Shown here piece by piece: positions 28,228 to 39,500 of a stretch of 64,000 nucleotides of DNA. The notes beneath the pieces are model-generated. The model ran no database searches. It saw only the letters and a program-made list of their open reading frames with translations, and was not told the DNA's origin. Positions within the stretch are counted from its first letter, which is position 1. Every line of letters starts with the position of its first letter. The stretch is taken from the IMG/VR virus record IMGVR_UViG_3300028833_000109, positions 32,350 to 96,349 of that record. One strand, given 5' to 3'. The stretch comes from a virus (lineage: Duplodnaviria; Caudoviricetes). The position numbers and the translations under genes were made by a program.

Positions 28228-28628
28228 TGGCGAACGACACATTTCTATATAAGATTTTTAACGACCTCGTAAACGCAGCGGAGAAGACTGGCAAGCCAGT
28301 CTATCTTGAGCGTCCGAAATCGTTGAAGTCGGAAGTGACGCAGTTCGTCGTCGTTTCCTTGCCAGCGCAGATTTACGGAATGGTAAAGGGTGGGCTTGGT
28401 TTCCGCTCTGGCTCAAACGGCTTGATTTCCGTTTTCTGCAAAGCCAAGACCGATGGCACCATGAATGTCAACGCGCAATCCAACCTTGTCCAGCAAGTGC
28501 TCGACTTGTTCCCTATTGTCGGCGATGCCGTAGAAGCGTCAAATCCTGCAATCTTGATGCAAGGAAGTGACGGTTACGGCTATCAGGTTACGCAAATCAC
28601 ATTCAAATTAAGAACGATCAAATCTTAA
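28227..28628 (+). CDS. putative tail terminator
   Basis: 133 aa immediately before the major tail protein. Confidence 0.55.
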   Translation: MANDTFLYKIFNDLVNAAEKTGKPVYLERPKSLKSEVTQFVVVSLPAQIYGMVKGGLGFRSGSNGLISVFCKAKTDGTMNVNAQSNLVQQVLDLFPIVGDAVEASNPAILMQGSDGYGYQVTQITFKLRTIKS

Positions 28629-28643
28629 ATAAACGATTAAACT

Positions 28644-29279
28644 ATGGCAGATTCAACTATTGTAAAGAAAGCGTCTTTGCAGCCCAATGTCTTTGAAGGC
28701 ATTAGCGCAATTTTCGCCGTTGAAGGTGGTTTCACTTTCAGCGGCTCTGCGGCAAACGGCTTCACTCTGTCTCTTGCAGAGAACAAGACTTTGCTTGAGT
28801 TCCCCTGCTCCGAGGATAGCGGTTTCAGTTTCGACACTGGTGCTCCCTCAATCGAGCACTTCAAGGTTCATGGTTTGAACGCCGACTGGGTATCCACGTT
28901 CACCCCTGGTGACACCGAGTTGAGCATCGAGATTCCCTGCCACGACACGCAGATTATGCAGTTGTGTTTCGGTTCGGAAGGTGCTGACACGCAGATCACC
29001 CTGCCTGTCGGTGCGTTGAAGACCCCAAACATTGTAACCGCTATCGCAAGCGGCAAGTCATTTGGTGCTGCGCAGAAGTCCGTTGAGCTCGGTCTGCTCA
29101 TCCTCGATGACACCGAGCAGCGTTTGTTCTACGTCAAGAAGGCAAAACTTACCGCACAGGTGACCTTCGACGGCAGCAACAAGCCTCTCTGCGTTGTGCT
29201 GAGTGGTTCGCTCTCCGAGTCTGGTGACGGCGCGTTCGGTATCTTGGATATTGCAACCACCACCACCTCTAACGGCTAA
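28644..29279 (+). CDS. major tail tube protein
   Basis: 211-aa beta-rich protein; synteny before the chaperones and TMP. Confidence 0.7.
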   Translation: MADSTIVKKASLQPNVFEGISAIFAVEGGFTFSGSAANGFTLSLAENKTLLEFPCSEDSGFSFDTGAPSIEHFKVHGLNADWVSTFTPGDTELSIEIPCHDTQIMQLCFGSEGADTQITLPVGALKTPNIVTAIASGKSFGAAQKSVELGLLILDDTEQRLFYVKKAKLTAQVTFDGSNKPLCVVLSGSLSESGDGAFGILDIATTTTSNG

Positions 29280-29324
29280 TTTGGAAATTCCACAATCGAG
29301 TACTTCAAGGTTCACGGCAACAAC

Positions 29325-29360
29325 AAGGGCAGTGGTGGGTTGACTGCCATTGCCCTTATT
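29325..29360 (+). terminator. hairpin after the major tail gene
   Basis: aagggcagtgg...ccattgccctt stem followed by an AT-rich tail. Confidence 0.55.
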
Positions 29361-29371
29361 AATTTAATCAC

Positions 29372-29923
29372 ATGAAGAAAAAGGAAATTCCAGAGCAAGT
29401 GCTTGAGCAACCGACCCTCGATGCACAGCAGGCGTACCTGTCGCTTATAAACAATGACCCCACCGAGGTGCAGGTTCTCCGTACGAGCAAGAAATACAAG
29501 GTGCGCTGGCTCAAAAACGGGCAGTTGGAGAAACTCACCCGACTGCTGATTAAGGCAGGCAAAACCGATAATGTCAAGTCGTCGGGCATTGACGCTCTTG
29601 ACGAGATTTTGCAGGACTGCAAGCTGGCCTGCAAAGCAGCGGCCATCATCACGCTCAACGGCTACTGGTCAGTCAAGTTCAAGTACTGGTTCCGTTGGAG
29701 ATGGTTCTACTACATCCGTCAGTACGACAACATCCAGTTAGACGCTATCCTCGACATCGGCAAAAAAAAAGTTCCGCTGATGCAGTACTACAGGACTATC
29801 ATGTCCTTGACCGAGGCGAGGGATTCGCTGATGAGGATGAGAGCGAAGGAAGTAGACGCTACCCTTCAAGAACTAAGTATGGCGCAGCGTTCGCAGACCG
29901 AAAGCAACTCCAGTGGCTCGTGA
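29372..29923 (+). CDS. tail assembly chaperone (gpG-like)
   Basis: synteny; A9 slippery run at 29762-29770. Confidence 0.65.
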   Translation: MKKKEIPEQVLEQPTLDAQQAYLSLINNDPTEVQVLRTSKKYKVRWLKNGQLEKLTRLLIKAGKTDNVKSSGIDALDEILQDCKLACKAAAIITLNGYWSVKFKYWFRWRWFYYIRQYDNIQLDAILDIGKKKVPLMQYYRTIMSLTEARDSLMRMRAKEVDATLQELSMAQRSQTESNSSGS

Positions 29924-30216
29924 TGCCGAGGGATTACTTCGGCTTTTGGAGAGTGCCTATGTACGAGTACTATTGGGGTTGCACTGCGGCTCAAATACAG
30001 TTAATGATGGCAGATTGCCCGTTAACGCTCTACAAGAGGCACGACCCTAACGAAGGCAAGAAGCCAGGCGACCCAGGCTGGGTTTCCGACCCGAAGAAAC
30101 TTGACGCGGCTGTCGAGAAGTGGAAGAAGCGCAAGAAGGCGAGAGAAGAGCGGGGTTTCGACCTCAACAAGTTATTGAACACTGGCGAGAAAGTTCCTGT
30201 CGAAAAAGAACAATGA
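29764..30216 (+). CDS. tail assembly chaperone extension (gpT-like, -1 frame)
   Basis: the -1 frame is open from before the A9 run to 30216; a TGATG-coupled ATG also exists at 29923. Confidence 0.55.
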   Translation, partial: KKSSADAVLQDYHVLDRGEGFADEDESEGSRRYPSRTKYGAAFADRKQLQWLVMPRDYFGFWRVPMYEYYWGCTAAQIQLMMADCPLTLYKRHDPNEGKKPGDPGWVSDPKKLDAAVEKWKKRKKAREERGFDLNKLLNTGEKVPVEKEQ

Positions 30217-30458
30217 CCGTCTATGATATTGTGTCGCTTAACCGCGAACTGCTGAAAAGACTGCACAAAAACGGCATTAAGACCGATGACTACAAATGGC
30301 TTGATTTATACAACGATTACATGCAGATGAAAGCCGAAGGCAATAAGACAAGTTACATTGTCGCAAAACTTTCTTGCAGGTATAAAGTGTGTGAGCGTCA
30401 AGTGTTTAAAGTGGTCAAAAAGATGGGTCAAAACTGCCAAAAACGTGCAGTGAAATGA
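30213..30458 (+). CDS. small HTH-like DNA-binding protein
   Basis: 81 aa; C-terminal YIVAKLSCRYKVCERQVFKVV resembles a helix-turn-helix. Confidence 0.55.
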   Translation: MTVYDIVSLNRELLKRLHKNGIKTDDYKWLDLYNDYMQMKAEGNKTSYIVAKLSCRYKVCERQVFKVVKKMGQNCQKRAVK

Positions 30459-30493
30459 CAAAGGATTATGTTACGATATAGGGTTTGGTGTGG

Positions 30494-30501
30494 TAATTTT
30501 G
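30494..30501 (+). promoter_or_regulatory. -7 promoter element for the 30.5-33.4 kb module
   Basis: TAATTTTG followed by an A-rich leader. Confidence 0.6.
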
Positions 30502-30558
30502 CCATGTCGATGCGCATAGACAAATTAACTAACACAAACTTTAAATCTAACACAAACA

Positions 30559-31443
30559 ATGGCTGAAATTTATCAGTTGCCTGACAACGGCAGCAACAAT
30601 GGTAGCAACATTCCTTTTTCAATTCCTATCGGTGGTTTCAATGGTGGCGGTTTCGGTTTCGGAAACGGCATGAACGGCATCGCTGATTTGTTCGGTCTCG
30701 CAATCATCGCCTCGATGTTCGGTTGGGGCAACGGAGGCTGGGGCAACGGTTTCATGGGCGGCGGCAATGCAGGCACTGCATACCTCGGCAACATGATTTC
30801 CAACGACAGCGGTCGTGAACTGGTCATGAACGCCATCACCTCGCAGGGTGAGGCAAGCCGCAGCGCAATCCAGAACCTCGCAACCACCATCGGCCAGGAC
30901 TTCAACCTCGTGAATGCCGGTGTCACCAACGTGCAGAACGCGCTCAACACCCTCGCATTGCAGAATGCAGTGAGTGTTCCTCAGATCATCAACGCCATCC
31001 AGAGTGGTGATGCAAGCCTTGCAAGCCAGTTGTGCAAGTGCTGCTGCGACAACCAGTTGGCCATGTGTCAGCAGACGAATGCCCTACAAACGCAGGCTGA
31101 CCGCAACGCCAATGCTTTGATGCAGGCCATCAACGCTCAGACCGTTGCGATGAACGACCAGTTCTGCGCCTTGAAGGAGCGTGAGTTGCAGTCGAAGATT
31201 GACACGCAGGCCGACATCATCACCCAGTTGCGCGGACAGATTGACAACGCCAACCAGACCGCAGCCATCACGGGTTATGTCAACGGACTCGTTGCTCCCT
31301 TGCAGGCCAAGGTGACCGAGATTGCTGATAAGATGCCTTCGACTGTGCCGGTTCAATGGCCTCAGTTGACCGCAGTCAACACCACACCCTATGTGAATGG
31401 CGGTTTTTACGGCAATGGCTTTGGCAACAACGTAATGTTTTAA
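30559..31443 (+). CDS. Gly/Asn-rich, TM-containing coiled-coil protein with CCC motif (unknown function)
   Basis: GFGFGNG / hydrophobic helix / GWGNGGWG, CKCCCD, then Q/N-rich heptads. Confidence 0.8.
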   Translation: MAEIYQLPDNGSNNGSNIPFSIPIGGFNGGGFGFGNGMNGIADLFGLAIIASMFGWGNGGWGNGFMGGGNAGTAYLGNMISNDSGRELVMNAITSQGEASRSAIQNLATTIGQDFNLVNAGVTNVQNALNTLALQNAVSVPQIINAIQSGDASLASQLCKCCCDNQLAMCQQTNALQTQADRNANALMQAINAQTVAMNDQFCALKERELQSKIDTQADIITQLRGQIDNANQTAAITGYVNGLVAPLQAKVTEIADKMPSTVPVQWPQLTAVNTTPYVNGGFYGNGFGNNVMF

Positions 31444-31446
31444 GTC

Positions 31447-31779
31447 ATGGGATGTTTCAATGTAATAACTAACGTCAACGGAGCGCCTTACATCGCCACT
31501 ACCAATGTGACGGTCGGAACGGATGCAGTGGACTTTGCGCTGGGTTTCCATCGCTTGCAGCCTGTCGGCTATTTCACCGTCAGGATTGCCAATGCGATTC
31601 CAACGGGAACAACGGCGACACTGCCCATCACGTTGACCATGAACGGCACGACCCGCAACCTGACCACGTTCAACGGCACACAAGTGACCGCTGGCGACAT
31701 CACTGGAACGGGCGTACTGCTTGTTTTCAATGACAGGTACAACGGTATTCTCCAACTCATGTCGGTGGCTACCGCTTAA
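31447..31779 (+). CDS. small Thr-rich all-beta protein
   Basis: 110 aa with alternating beta-strand pattern. Confidence 0.7.
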   Translation: MGCFNVITNVNGAPYIATTNVTVGTDAVDFALGFHRLQPVGYFTVRIANAIPTGTTATLPITLTMNGTTRNLTTFNGTQVTAGDITGTGVLLVFNDRYNGILQLMSVATA

Positions 31780-31812
31780 CCAAGTGACTAACAAACAATA
31801 AACAAATTAACT

Positions 31813-32322
31813 ATGGATTTCAACAGTTTAACAGAGGGCAATCCGTTCTACATTCTCCGCAAAGGTGAGAAACCTACGCTTGATGTAGGTGTCGTCAAGA
31901 GTAAATCACAACCCAGGGCGAAGTACCAGATGCAGACCCCTGGCGTGATGAACGGTCTGCTTGCGCAACAGCAGCAGGTCATCGACATCATGGTTACCGT
32001 CAACGGCAAAGACGAGCAGTTTGCGGAACTGCCGTTGAACATCGAAATCGCCTCAAGGGGCGACAACACGTTCAGCGGAAGCCGTGAGGCGATGTTGCAG
32101 GCGGTGGACGCGATGTTGCAGACATCGAAGAAAGCAATCGAGCAGGTTCCTTACCACAAAGCGGTTATCACCGAGAGCGAGAAGATGCTTGAAACGCTAA
32201 ATCCACGCTATGCGGAAGAAAAGCGACAGGCAAGGACGATTAAAGACCTCAAGGACAGGCAGGATGCTACCGAACAGAAACTCGATGAGATTCTTGAGAT
32301 CATCCGCGAGTTCAAGAAATGA
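31813..32322 (+). CDS. hypothetical protein, C-terminal coiled coil
   Basis: 169-aa ORF with A-rich start region. Confidence 0.7.
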   Translation: MDFNSLTEGNPFYILRKGEKPTLDVGVVKSKSQPRAKYQMQTPGVMNGLLAQQQQVIDIMVTVNGKDEQFAELPLNIEIASRGDNTFSGSREAMLQAVDAMLQTSKKAIEQVPYHKAVITESEKMLETLNPRYAEEKRQARTIKDLKDRQDATEQKLDEILEIIREFKK

Positions 32323-32353
32323 CGAAGAAGTCCGACTAAAACACTGAAACATT

Positions 32354-32584
32354 ATGCCTTACATCATTATCAATAACGACGACAACGAGCAGATGCGCGA
32401 GAATATGCGTCAGCAGATGCGTGGCGGTTACCGCCGCAACATGCCGATGCGCCGCAACGCGACCGACCAGTACGAAGAGGGCTATAGAAACGGCTACAAA
32501 CACGGCTGGCAAGATGCGGAAGACGAGAGCGAGACTATGATGGAAAACCGTCGCGGCAGGAGCCGTAACGGGCGCTTCATGTGA
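32354..32584 (+). CDS. small Arg/Met-rich protein
   Basis: YEEGYRNGY and C-terminal RRGRSRNGRFM. Confidence 0.7.
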   Translation: MPYIIINNDDNEQMRENMRQQMRGGYRRNMPMRRNATDQYEEGYRNGYKHGWQDAEDESETMMENRRGRSRNGRFM

Positions 32585-32590
32585 TAACTT

Positions 32591-32624
32591 TGGGTCGGAT
32601 GTCGGCTTGATGTCCGACCCATTT
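32591..32624 (+). terminator. internal hairpin/terminator
   Basis: tgggtcgga...tccgaccca followed by tttt. Confidence 0.55.
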
Positions 32625-32638
32625 TCAACCATTTCGGC

Positions 32639-33034
32639 ATGAAACAGTACATCACTGAAGAACGAGCAATGTATGAGGACAACTTCCACGGCATGTTCAG
32701 CCGCAAGTTGGCGAAATGGGCAATCTCCTGCATGGAGATGAAAGGCCCGGACGGGCAGATGAAGCCCGTTACCATGCGCTCCGTGGATGATGTCCTTGAG
32801 ATACTCTCCGCTAACAAGGTGGAACTGCCAGACGAGTACATATATACCGCCTGGTACCTGTTCCACATGGCGATAGCGGACTACCCCAAGTCGCTGAAGA
32901 CCGATGAACAACGTGCGATGTACGTTGAAGAAACGCTTCTTGATCCTGACGGAGAGCCTTCTGATGCGCTCGCTTGCTTTGAGGCGAAGATGTGCAACGC
33001 GGGCATCCCCATCTACTGGGAAAGGATGATGTGA
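32639..33034 (+). CDS. hypothetical helical protein
   Basis: 131 aa; HGMFSRKLAKWAIS...LLDPDG...IPIYWE. Confidence 0.7.
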   Translation: MKQYITEERAMYEDNFHGMFSRKLAKWAISCMEMKGPDGQMKPVTMRSVDDVLEILSANKVELPDEYIYTAWYLFHMAIADYPKSLKTDEQRAMYVEETLLDPDGEPSDALACFEAKMCNAGIPIYWERMM

Positions 33035-33420
33035 TGCAGACGGAGTACGTTGACGTTCGCGGCAAATGGGGCATTGTTCTCTGCTACGACCTTGACTTGG
33101 ATGACGACATAGACATCATGAACTATATGATGTCGCTCGGTTCAGACGAGGAAGGCGCATACAAGGCGGTTAATGTCTTGTTCGGGCAGGAGAACGCGGG
33201 GCTTTGCGTGACCAACATGGCGTTGCGCATGTCCTTGATATTCATCGGCGACGCAGACTCTGCCGAGCAGTGGTGGGATACGCTCTCCCATGAGTTGTAT
33301 CACGCGCAGCAGGCGATAATCGAGTACTACAATGTCCCGCCTGATACTGAAAAGGCGGCATGGACGATGGGGTATTTGATGCGCAAGTCGGTAGAACTCG
33401 TCGCTCCACCGTGCAGGTGA
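33034..33420 (+). CDS. HExxH zinc-metallopeptidase-like protein
   Basis: TLSHELYH with a downstream E (TEKAAW); TGATG coupling. Confidence 0.6.
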   Translation: MQTEYVDVRGKWGIVLCYDLDLDDDIDIMNYMMSLGSDEEGAYKAVNVLFGQENAGLCVTNMALRMSLIFIGDADSAEQWWDTLSHELYHAQQAIIEYYNVPPDTEKAAWTMGYLMRKSVELVAPPCR

Positions 33421-33486
33421 TTGGCAACAAGTTGTATTTTTATACATTTTCCAACCAATGTTCTATAAGCCAACGCTTTGTTGGCT

Positions 33487-33494
33487 TATTTTTG
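33487..33494 (+). promoter_or_regulatory. -7 promoter element for the tape measure gene
   Basis: TATTTTTG about 30 nt before ATG 33524. Confidence 0.55.
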
Positions 33495-33523
33495 CAAGAT
33501 TAATAAACAAATTAACGAAAGAT

Positions 33524-36500
33524 ATGGCACTTGATCCGTTAAAATTTGCGGTGCAAATCACCGATGAAGCATCGGACAAACTGACCGCGATTAAGAGAAA
33601 TCTTGATGCGCTCCAAAACAAGGACATCGCAATCAATGTTTCTGGTAACCTTGGTGACTTCTTGAACTTATTCAAGGAGGGTGTTGACGCATCTAAGTTC
33701 AGTAACTTGAAAGACGCAATCAGCAATGCTTTGAGTGGTGTCGAGGGTCTTAACAAGGCGGCAAAAGAGGGTAATTTTGCCGATTATGCGGCACAAATCA
33801 AACTCGCGTCTGATGCGGTTACCGCTCTTGGCTCTGCGATTTCTGCCGTCAATAATGTTGTAGGCACGAACGAGGGTTTCCAAAAGTTCATGGTCAGCAT
33901 CGGAGAGGTTGTCACGAGGGTTGATGCCGCGCTCAAGCAACTCAACGAAACCACAACATCTGGCGCTAATGCTTCCAGTTCAAAGAGTATTGAAAAGGCC
34001 AAGTACGAACTTTACCAGTTTGACAATCTTGTCAAGCAGGCAGAGCAGACATCTCGTCTCGGCAAGCAGTTCGGAGATGTTGACACGTCGAAACTTGACA
34101 CGGCAATTCAAAAAGCAAAAGAATGGAGAGATGAACTTGAGCAAATCGCTAAAACTGGTCAAGGGAAAGGTGGACGCGGTTTTGACAAGTTTGCACTACA
34201 GGCCGATTACAAACAAGATATTGATCAAGTAAAGAAACTCACCGCAGAGCAGAATACCGCAGAAATCAGCCTTTCCAGATACAACCAGACCCTTAAAGAG
34301 ACAAATGAGTTACAGCAAAGACTTTTAAACGCTACTGGCCGTAGTCTTATTTCTGGCGCTGGAACGACCGATGGCATTGGTGATGCAGGCAATAAAATTG
34401 AAGAGTTTAAAAACAGGCTCAAATCACTTAACGAGGAAGACCAGAAAAACTCACAAATCGTCAATCAGCTTACCGCAGAGTTTCAGCGGTTGAAGCCATC
34501 TCTTACTGCCGCAGCAAAAGAGCAGGAAAGGCTTAATTCGGCAACGGAAAAGGCCAATAAGAAAGCCGCCAACGATGCAGTCAAAAAGCAGCAGCGGGAT
34601 AACGAGAAACTTACTGAGAGTATGCGCGTTGCTGGAAACGAAGCGACAGCACTCGAAATAAAAATCCGAAAACTGAAAGATACCGAGGCCAAAAGCGCAG
34701 CGGTTGGCGTTGACACATCAGAGTTAAAGAACTATATCTTGATGCTTGAGAGATACGCCAATGTCATGCGTAACATTCAGCAGGGATATAACAGGGCAAA
34801 TGCTGGTGATATTCTTTCTGGCAAAACCATGTTTGGTACACACACTTTGCCAGATGTCAAGAAACTTGCGGATGAATCAGAGCGTCTTACCAACGAAAAG
34901 AGGAGAGCCGCATCCGCTACATCCCAACTCACCAACGAAGAGCAACGTCTCGCGCAAGCCTTGAACCAGACAGCAGAAAGCGCAAAGGGTCAGTCTCAAG
35001 TACTCTCTGACCTCAAGTCAATGGCGATGCAGTACCTCGGTGTTTGGGGTGGTCAGCAGTTCTTGCACAACATCATCGAAATCGGTGGTCAGTTGGAGAT
35101 GCAGCGACTTTCCATCGGTGCTATCCTGCAAAACCAGTCGCAGGCAAATGACTTGTTTGAGAAAATCAAGGGTCTTGCCGTTCAGTCGCCTTTCGGTGTT
35201 GTTGAACTCGACCAGATGACCAAGCAGTTGACCGCTTACGGCTTCAAGTACTCCGAACTCTTCGACATGACTAAGCGATTAGCCGACATCAGTGCCGCAA
35301 CTGGTACTGGCGTTGACCGACTCGCCCTTGCATTGGGTCATGTCCGCAGTGAGGCTGCACTTAGCGGTTACACATTGCGTCAGTTCTCTATGGGTAACGT
35401 GCCGCTGTTGCAGAAACTCTCCGAAAAATTGGGCAAGACAACACAGGAAATCCGCAAGATGGTGCGCTCAAAGGAAATCTCCTACGAAGATGTTGAGGGC
35501 GTTATCAAAGACTTGACCAACGAGGGCGGCATGTTCTACAACATGCAGGAAACCATTTCGCAGTCCGTCAAGGCTCGTTTCAAGAACGTGAAGGACGCGA
35601 TGGACATCATGTATGGTGAGATGGCTGAGAGCGGCATGGGCGATGCGTTGAAGAGTATTGCTGATGCCCTTATGGAAATCACAAAGAACTGGAAGGATGT
35701 CGCAACTGTAATCGGTACTGGTGCCGCAATGTGGGCTGCGCATCGTGTTGCGGTGATGGCATACACAACAACACTTGGTAAAACCAATGCAGCAGTACTT
35801 GCGTCTATCGCATCACATAACAAACAAGAAGCATCAATACTGAGTCTTGCAAGCAAGTATCGTGTTCTCACTATAACTGAGCAAGAAAGGCTTGCGGCTG
35901 CGAGAAAGAATATTGTCGTTGACAAACTGCGTCTTTTGCTTGGCAAGACAACAAAAGCGGAACTTGCGGCAAGGGATGCGGCAACAAAGCGACTGTTCTT
36001 ATCAGACATCCAACTCGCAATGTCCGAAAAGAAACTTACAGTTGAGGAATTGGCAAGGCTTGTCGCACTTGGGAAAGTGACCAAAGCAGAAGCGTTGCAG
36101 ATAATCACCAATCTTCAACTCGCAGACTCGGAAAAGATGGTTGCCGCGAATACCATCATGGGAACCAAGCGCCTTGGTACATTTAAAATGGGATTACTTG
36201 CTGTTGGAGGGGCAGCAAAAACAGCAGCACTTGCGCTAAAGTCGCTGATTTTCAATCCTGCAATGCTTGGTATGGCTGCAATTACGGCATTGATTGAACT
36301 TTGGCAGCGTAACAATGCCGAAATGGAGCGAGCCAAGGAACTTGGCAATGCTATCTTTGAAGCATCACAAGAGGGTTTGAAGAACACTCGCACGATGATG
36401 GAGAACACTGGCATTAATGCTTATCAAGCAGACACCAACAGCAAGGGAGAAATGGTGCTCAGAAACCTCACCAAGAGTTTTGGTACGGAGCAGGAAAGTT

Positions 36501-39500
36501 CACGCACTTTTCTTGTTAAGCCAGAATTTGACTCCGCTACTGCACAGCAAATCATTGATGAATGGTCACAATATATCCGCGACTACGCAGGAACCCCCAA
36601 TAGAATATTGAATCAAGCATTGCTTGATGAGGCAGGCAATGTGCGGACGCTTGAGGAACAATTCGATCATTTGTTCAATTCCGTTCAAAATGTCGCCAAC
36701 GCACAAAAGGCGATTGTTGACATTGCCGATGCGATACAATCAGCACAAGAAGAAACTGGCTCTGGCTGGTTCAACGAAGACCTTGTTGAAGACCTTGCTG
36801 ACTACGATAGCGCGTTAAAGAAATACAACAAGTCTATTGTAATGGCGTATCATGAGCACAGCAGGGCGGTTAAGAAGGGTATTGATGCCGCAAGGAAGGC
36901 TGATGCTACATTCGCCAAAAACACTGCTGGTATGGCGTCGTATAGTGAGATGCTGAAGGAACTCACCGAAAACTCAAAACTATACAGCAGTCGGGCAGGT
37001 AAAGCGTTCAAGGAAGCCGCAGAAGAAAATGAGGGAATACTCAGTGAGATATTTTCCAACAAAACCGACTTCCATCTCGGCTATGAGGTAGAAGCGGAGA
37101 AGGAATTTAAGGTCTTTAAGGACAACCTCAAGATTATGCTTGAGAGCCTTGGGCAAGACGTTGAGAACTTGACACCAGAAATGAAGCAAGGTTTGATGTC
37201 TATGTTTATCAATAAGGTGCTTGGTCAGGACAAACTCGGCAGAATGTCAAAAGAGGCAAAAGACAAGTTTATTAAGGATTTTGCTGATTTTATTGGAGAA
37301 ACCGTTGATGATGCCGAAGAAATTACCAAGAAGCGTCTTGCTGACTGGCAAAAACGAGCAGGTGATGTCTTTATTGTAAATCAAAACATCAAGGTCAAGA
37401 CGAAGACAATCACAAGCCTTCATGAGTTTGCCGAAGAAGTTCAAAAAGACCTCAAAGAGAAACAGGAATATATCACAAAAGAGGCAAGTCACATCAGGCA
37501 AACACTTACAATCCAAACTGGCATCAAGTTCAATATGCAGAAAATGGATGCGTCTGAACTTGATAAGGTTATCGTCCAGTTGGCCGAAAGGGTTAAGAAA
37601 TTAGCAAGGGAGGGTCATGTTGATGCGGCAAAAGCACTTCTTTCCGTTGTTCAAGACGAGTTGATGCCATTCCGTGATGTGATGAAATCCATCGACGAGG
37701 ACAAGAAGTGGCTCAAACAGGAGGGTTATCCCGAAAAAGACCCGACAAAGGACAAGTCGAAGAACAAAAAGGACACGAAGAAATCCTACGAAGACCCAGT
37801 TGCGAAGGAGTGGAAAGAGCGCATCCGCTTACTCAAGGATGCCAACCAACTCTACAAGGAGTGGAACAAGCGTTCTGGTGAGGATGCCGCTTTGAATCGT
37901 GTCCGTGAACAATACGGTGACATCTTCAAGAAATGGCGCACCGACAAGAATGTGCCTTGGACTGATTTCAAGGCAGAGGACATCATCGAGTACCGCAAGT
38001 ATGTGCAGAAGATTGTCGATGAGGCGCAGAAGCGTTACGATGAGCAACGAAACGACAAGGCGAAGAACTACGGCAAGGAAGCCGAAGCGGTGCTCCGCGA
38101 GGGCAAGAAACTCCTTGATGACATCGACCGCTACGACTTTGACGAGAAAGCGAGGGAATTTAAGACCAGTTTTGAAAAGGCTCTCGACGACATGACGCGC
38201 AGGTGGGAAATCTTCACCAGTGTCCGCAATGCGACTGGCAATAAAATGCTCGCTTTCGATATGGCGAATATCGACAAAGAAAGCAGAAACCTGCGAAATG
38301 CGGCAGATGCGCTGAAGGACAAACTCGCCGACGAGATGCAACGTGTGGGCGGCAACGAGTTGCTCACTAAGATACCTTTCAGTATTGATATTGACGAGGA
38401 GAAACTGCGCGACCAGTTCAAGGCTGCGCTTGGTGATTCCGAAAAGTATGCCACAACCATTGACGGACTTGTCGAAGCCTACAAGAAGTGGCAGAAACTC
38501 CAGCAGGATGTCGTCAAGAACGACATTGACGTGTTTGCAAAACTGATGGGTTCGGTTGTAAGTTACAGTGCGCAAATCCGCAAGATAAACGATGAACTTG
38601 CCCAACAGAAGACCGCAATCGCCAACTCTGGTGCAACCGAGCCGCAACAAAGGCAGATGGTGGAGTTTGCAGAAACGCAGGCCGACTGGAAGAAGATGAA
38701 GTTGTCTGCCGACTATTCCAATCTTTACAACAAGACGATTGCCATGTCGCGCACCGAGTTTGAGAGAGCCGCTGATGCCGTGCAGAAGATGATTGACAAA
38801 CTGCGCGACCTTGGCGCAATCTCTCCCGATGAGTACTTGCAGGAGGTTGATAAACTCAACAAGGCGAGGATGGAGTGGAGCACGAATGGTTTCCTTGGCG
38901 AACGCGGTGCTTTCGGCAATTTCATCAGTGGAGGCAACCAAGGCTTGATGGACTACTACCAGCAACGCGCCGATGCCGCAAGGCGAAGGGCAGACCAACT
39001 CAAAGAAACCGAGTTCCTTCCAAGCGCCGCGCAGAAGAACGCAAGGGCAGAGGCCGAGCATTATGAAAAGCTCTACAAGGCACTTAGAAAAGTGACCGAT
39101 GAAGCGCAAGATGTAGTAAATGCTCTCCAAACCTTGCAAAACGGAATAGGGATGCTGGAAAACCTGTTCGATTCACTCGGCATGGAAGGCGCGGCAAACG
39201 CAATGAGCGATGCTGGCGGTATCCTCGGCGGTGCTTTGCAGGGCGCATCTTCGCTATCCGCTCTCGGCCCTTATGGAATGGCGGCTGGTGCTGCGATCGG
39301 TTTGGTTGGCGGCATTGCGCAAGTTCACGACAAGGCTCTTGAGCGACACATCAACAAACTCCGTGAAGATATCAAGGGCATCGAAGCCAACACCGAACTC
39401 ATCGCAAAGGCGAGAGAGCGTACCCTCGGCTACGACATGGGCGATGTGCGCAAGCAGATGGCACAGCAGTACGCGCCATCGCAGCAGGCCAGCGGTCTTC

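Noticed and set aside
37829-39139. Long antisense ORFs (e.g. 436 aa opposite the TMP, 323 aa opposite TerL)
   Set aside because: Shadow frames from codon bias of the real genes; no motifs or start signals
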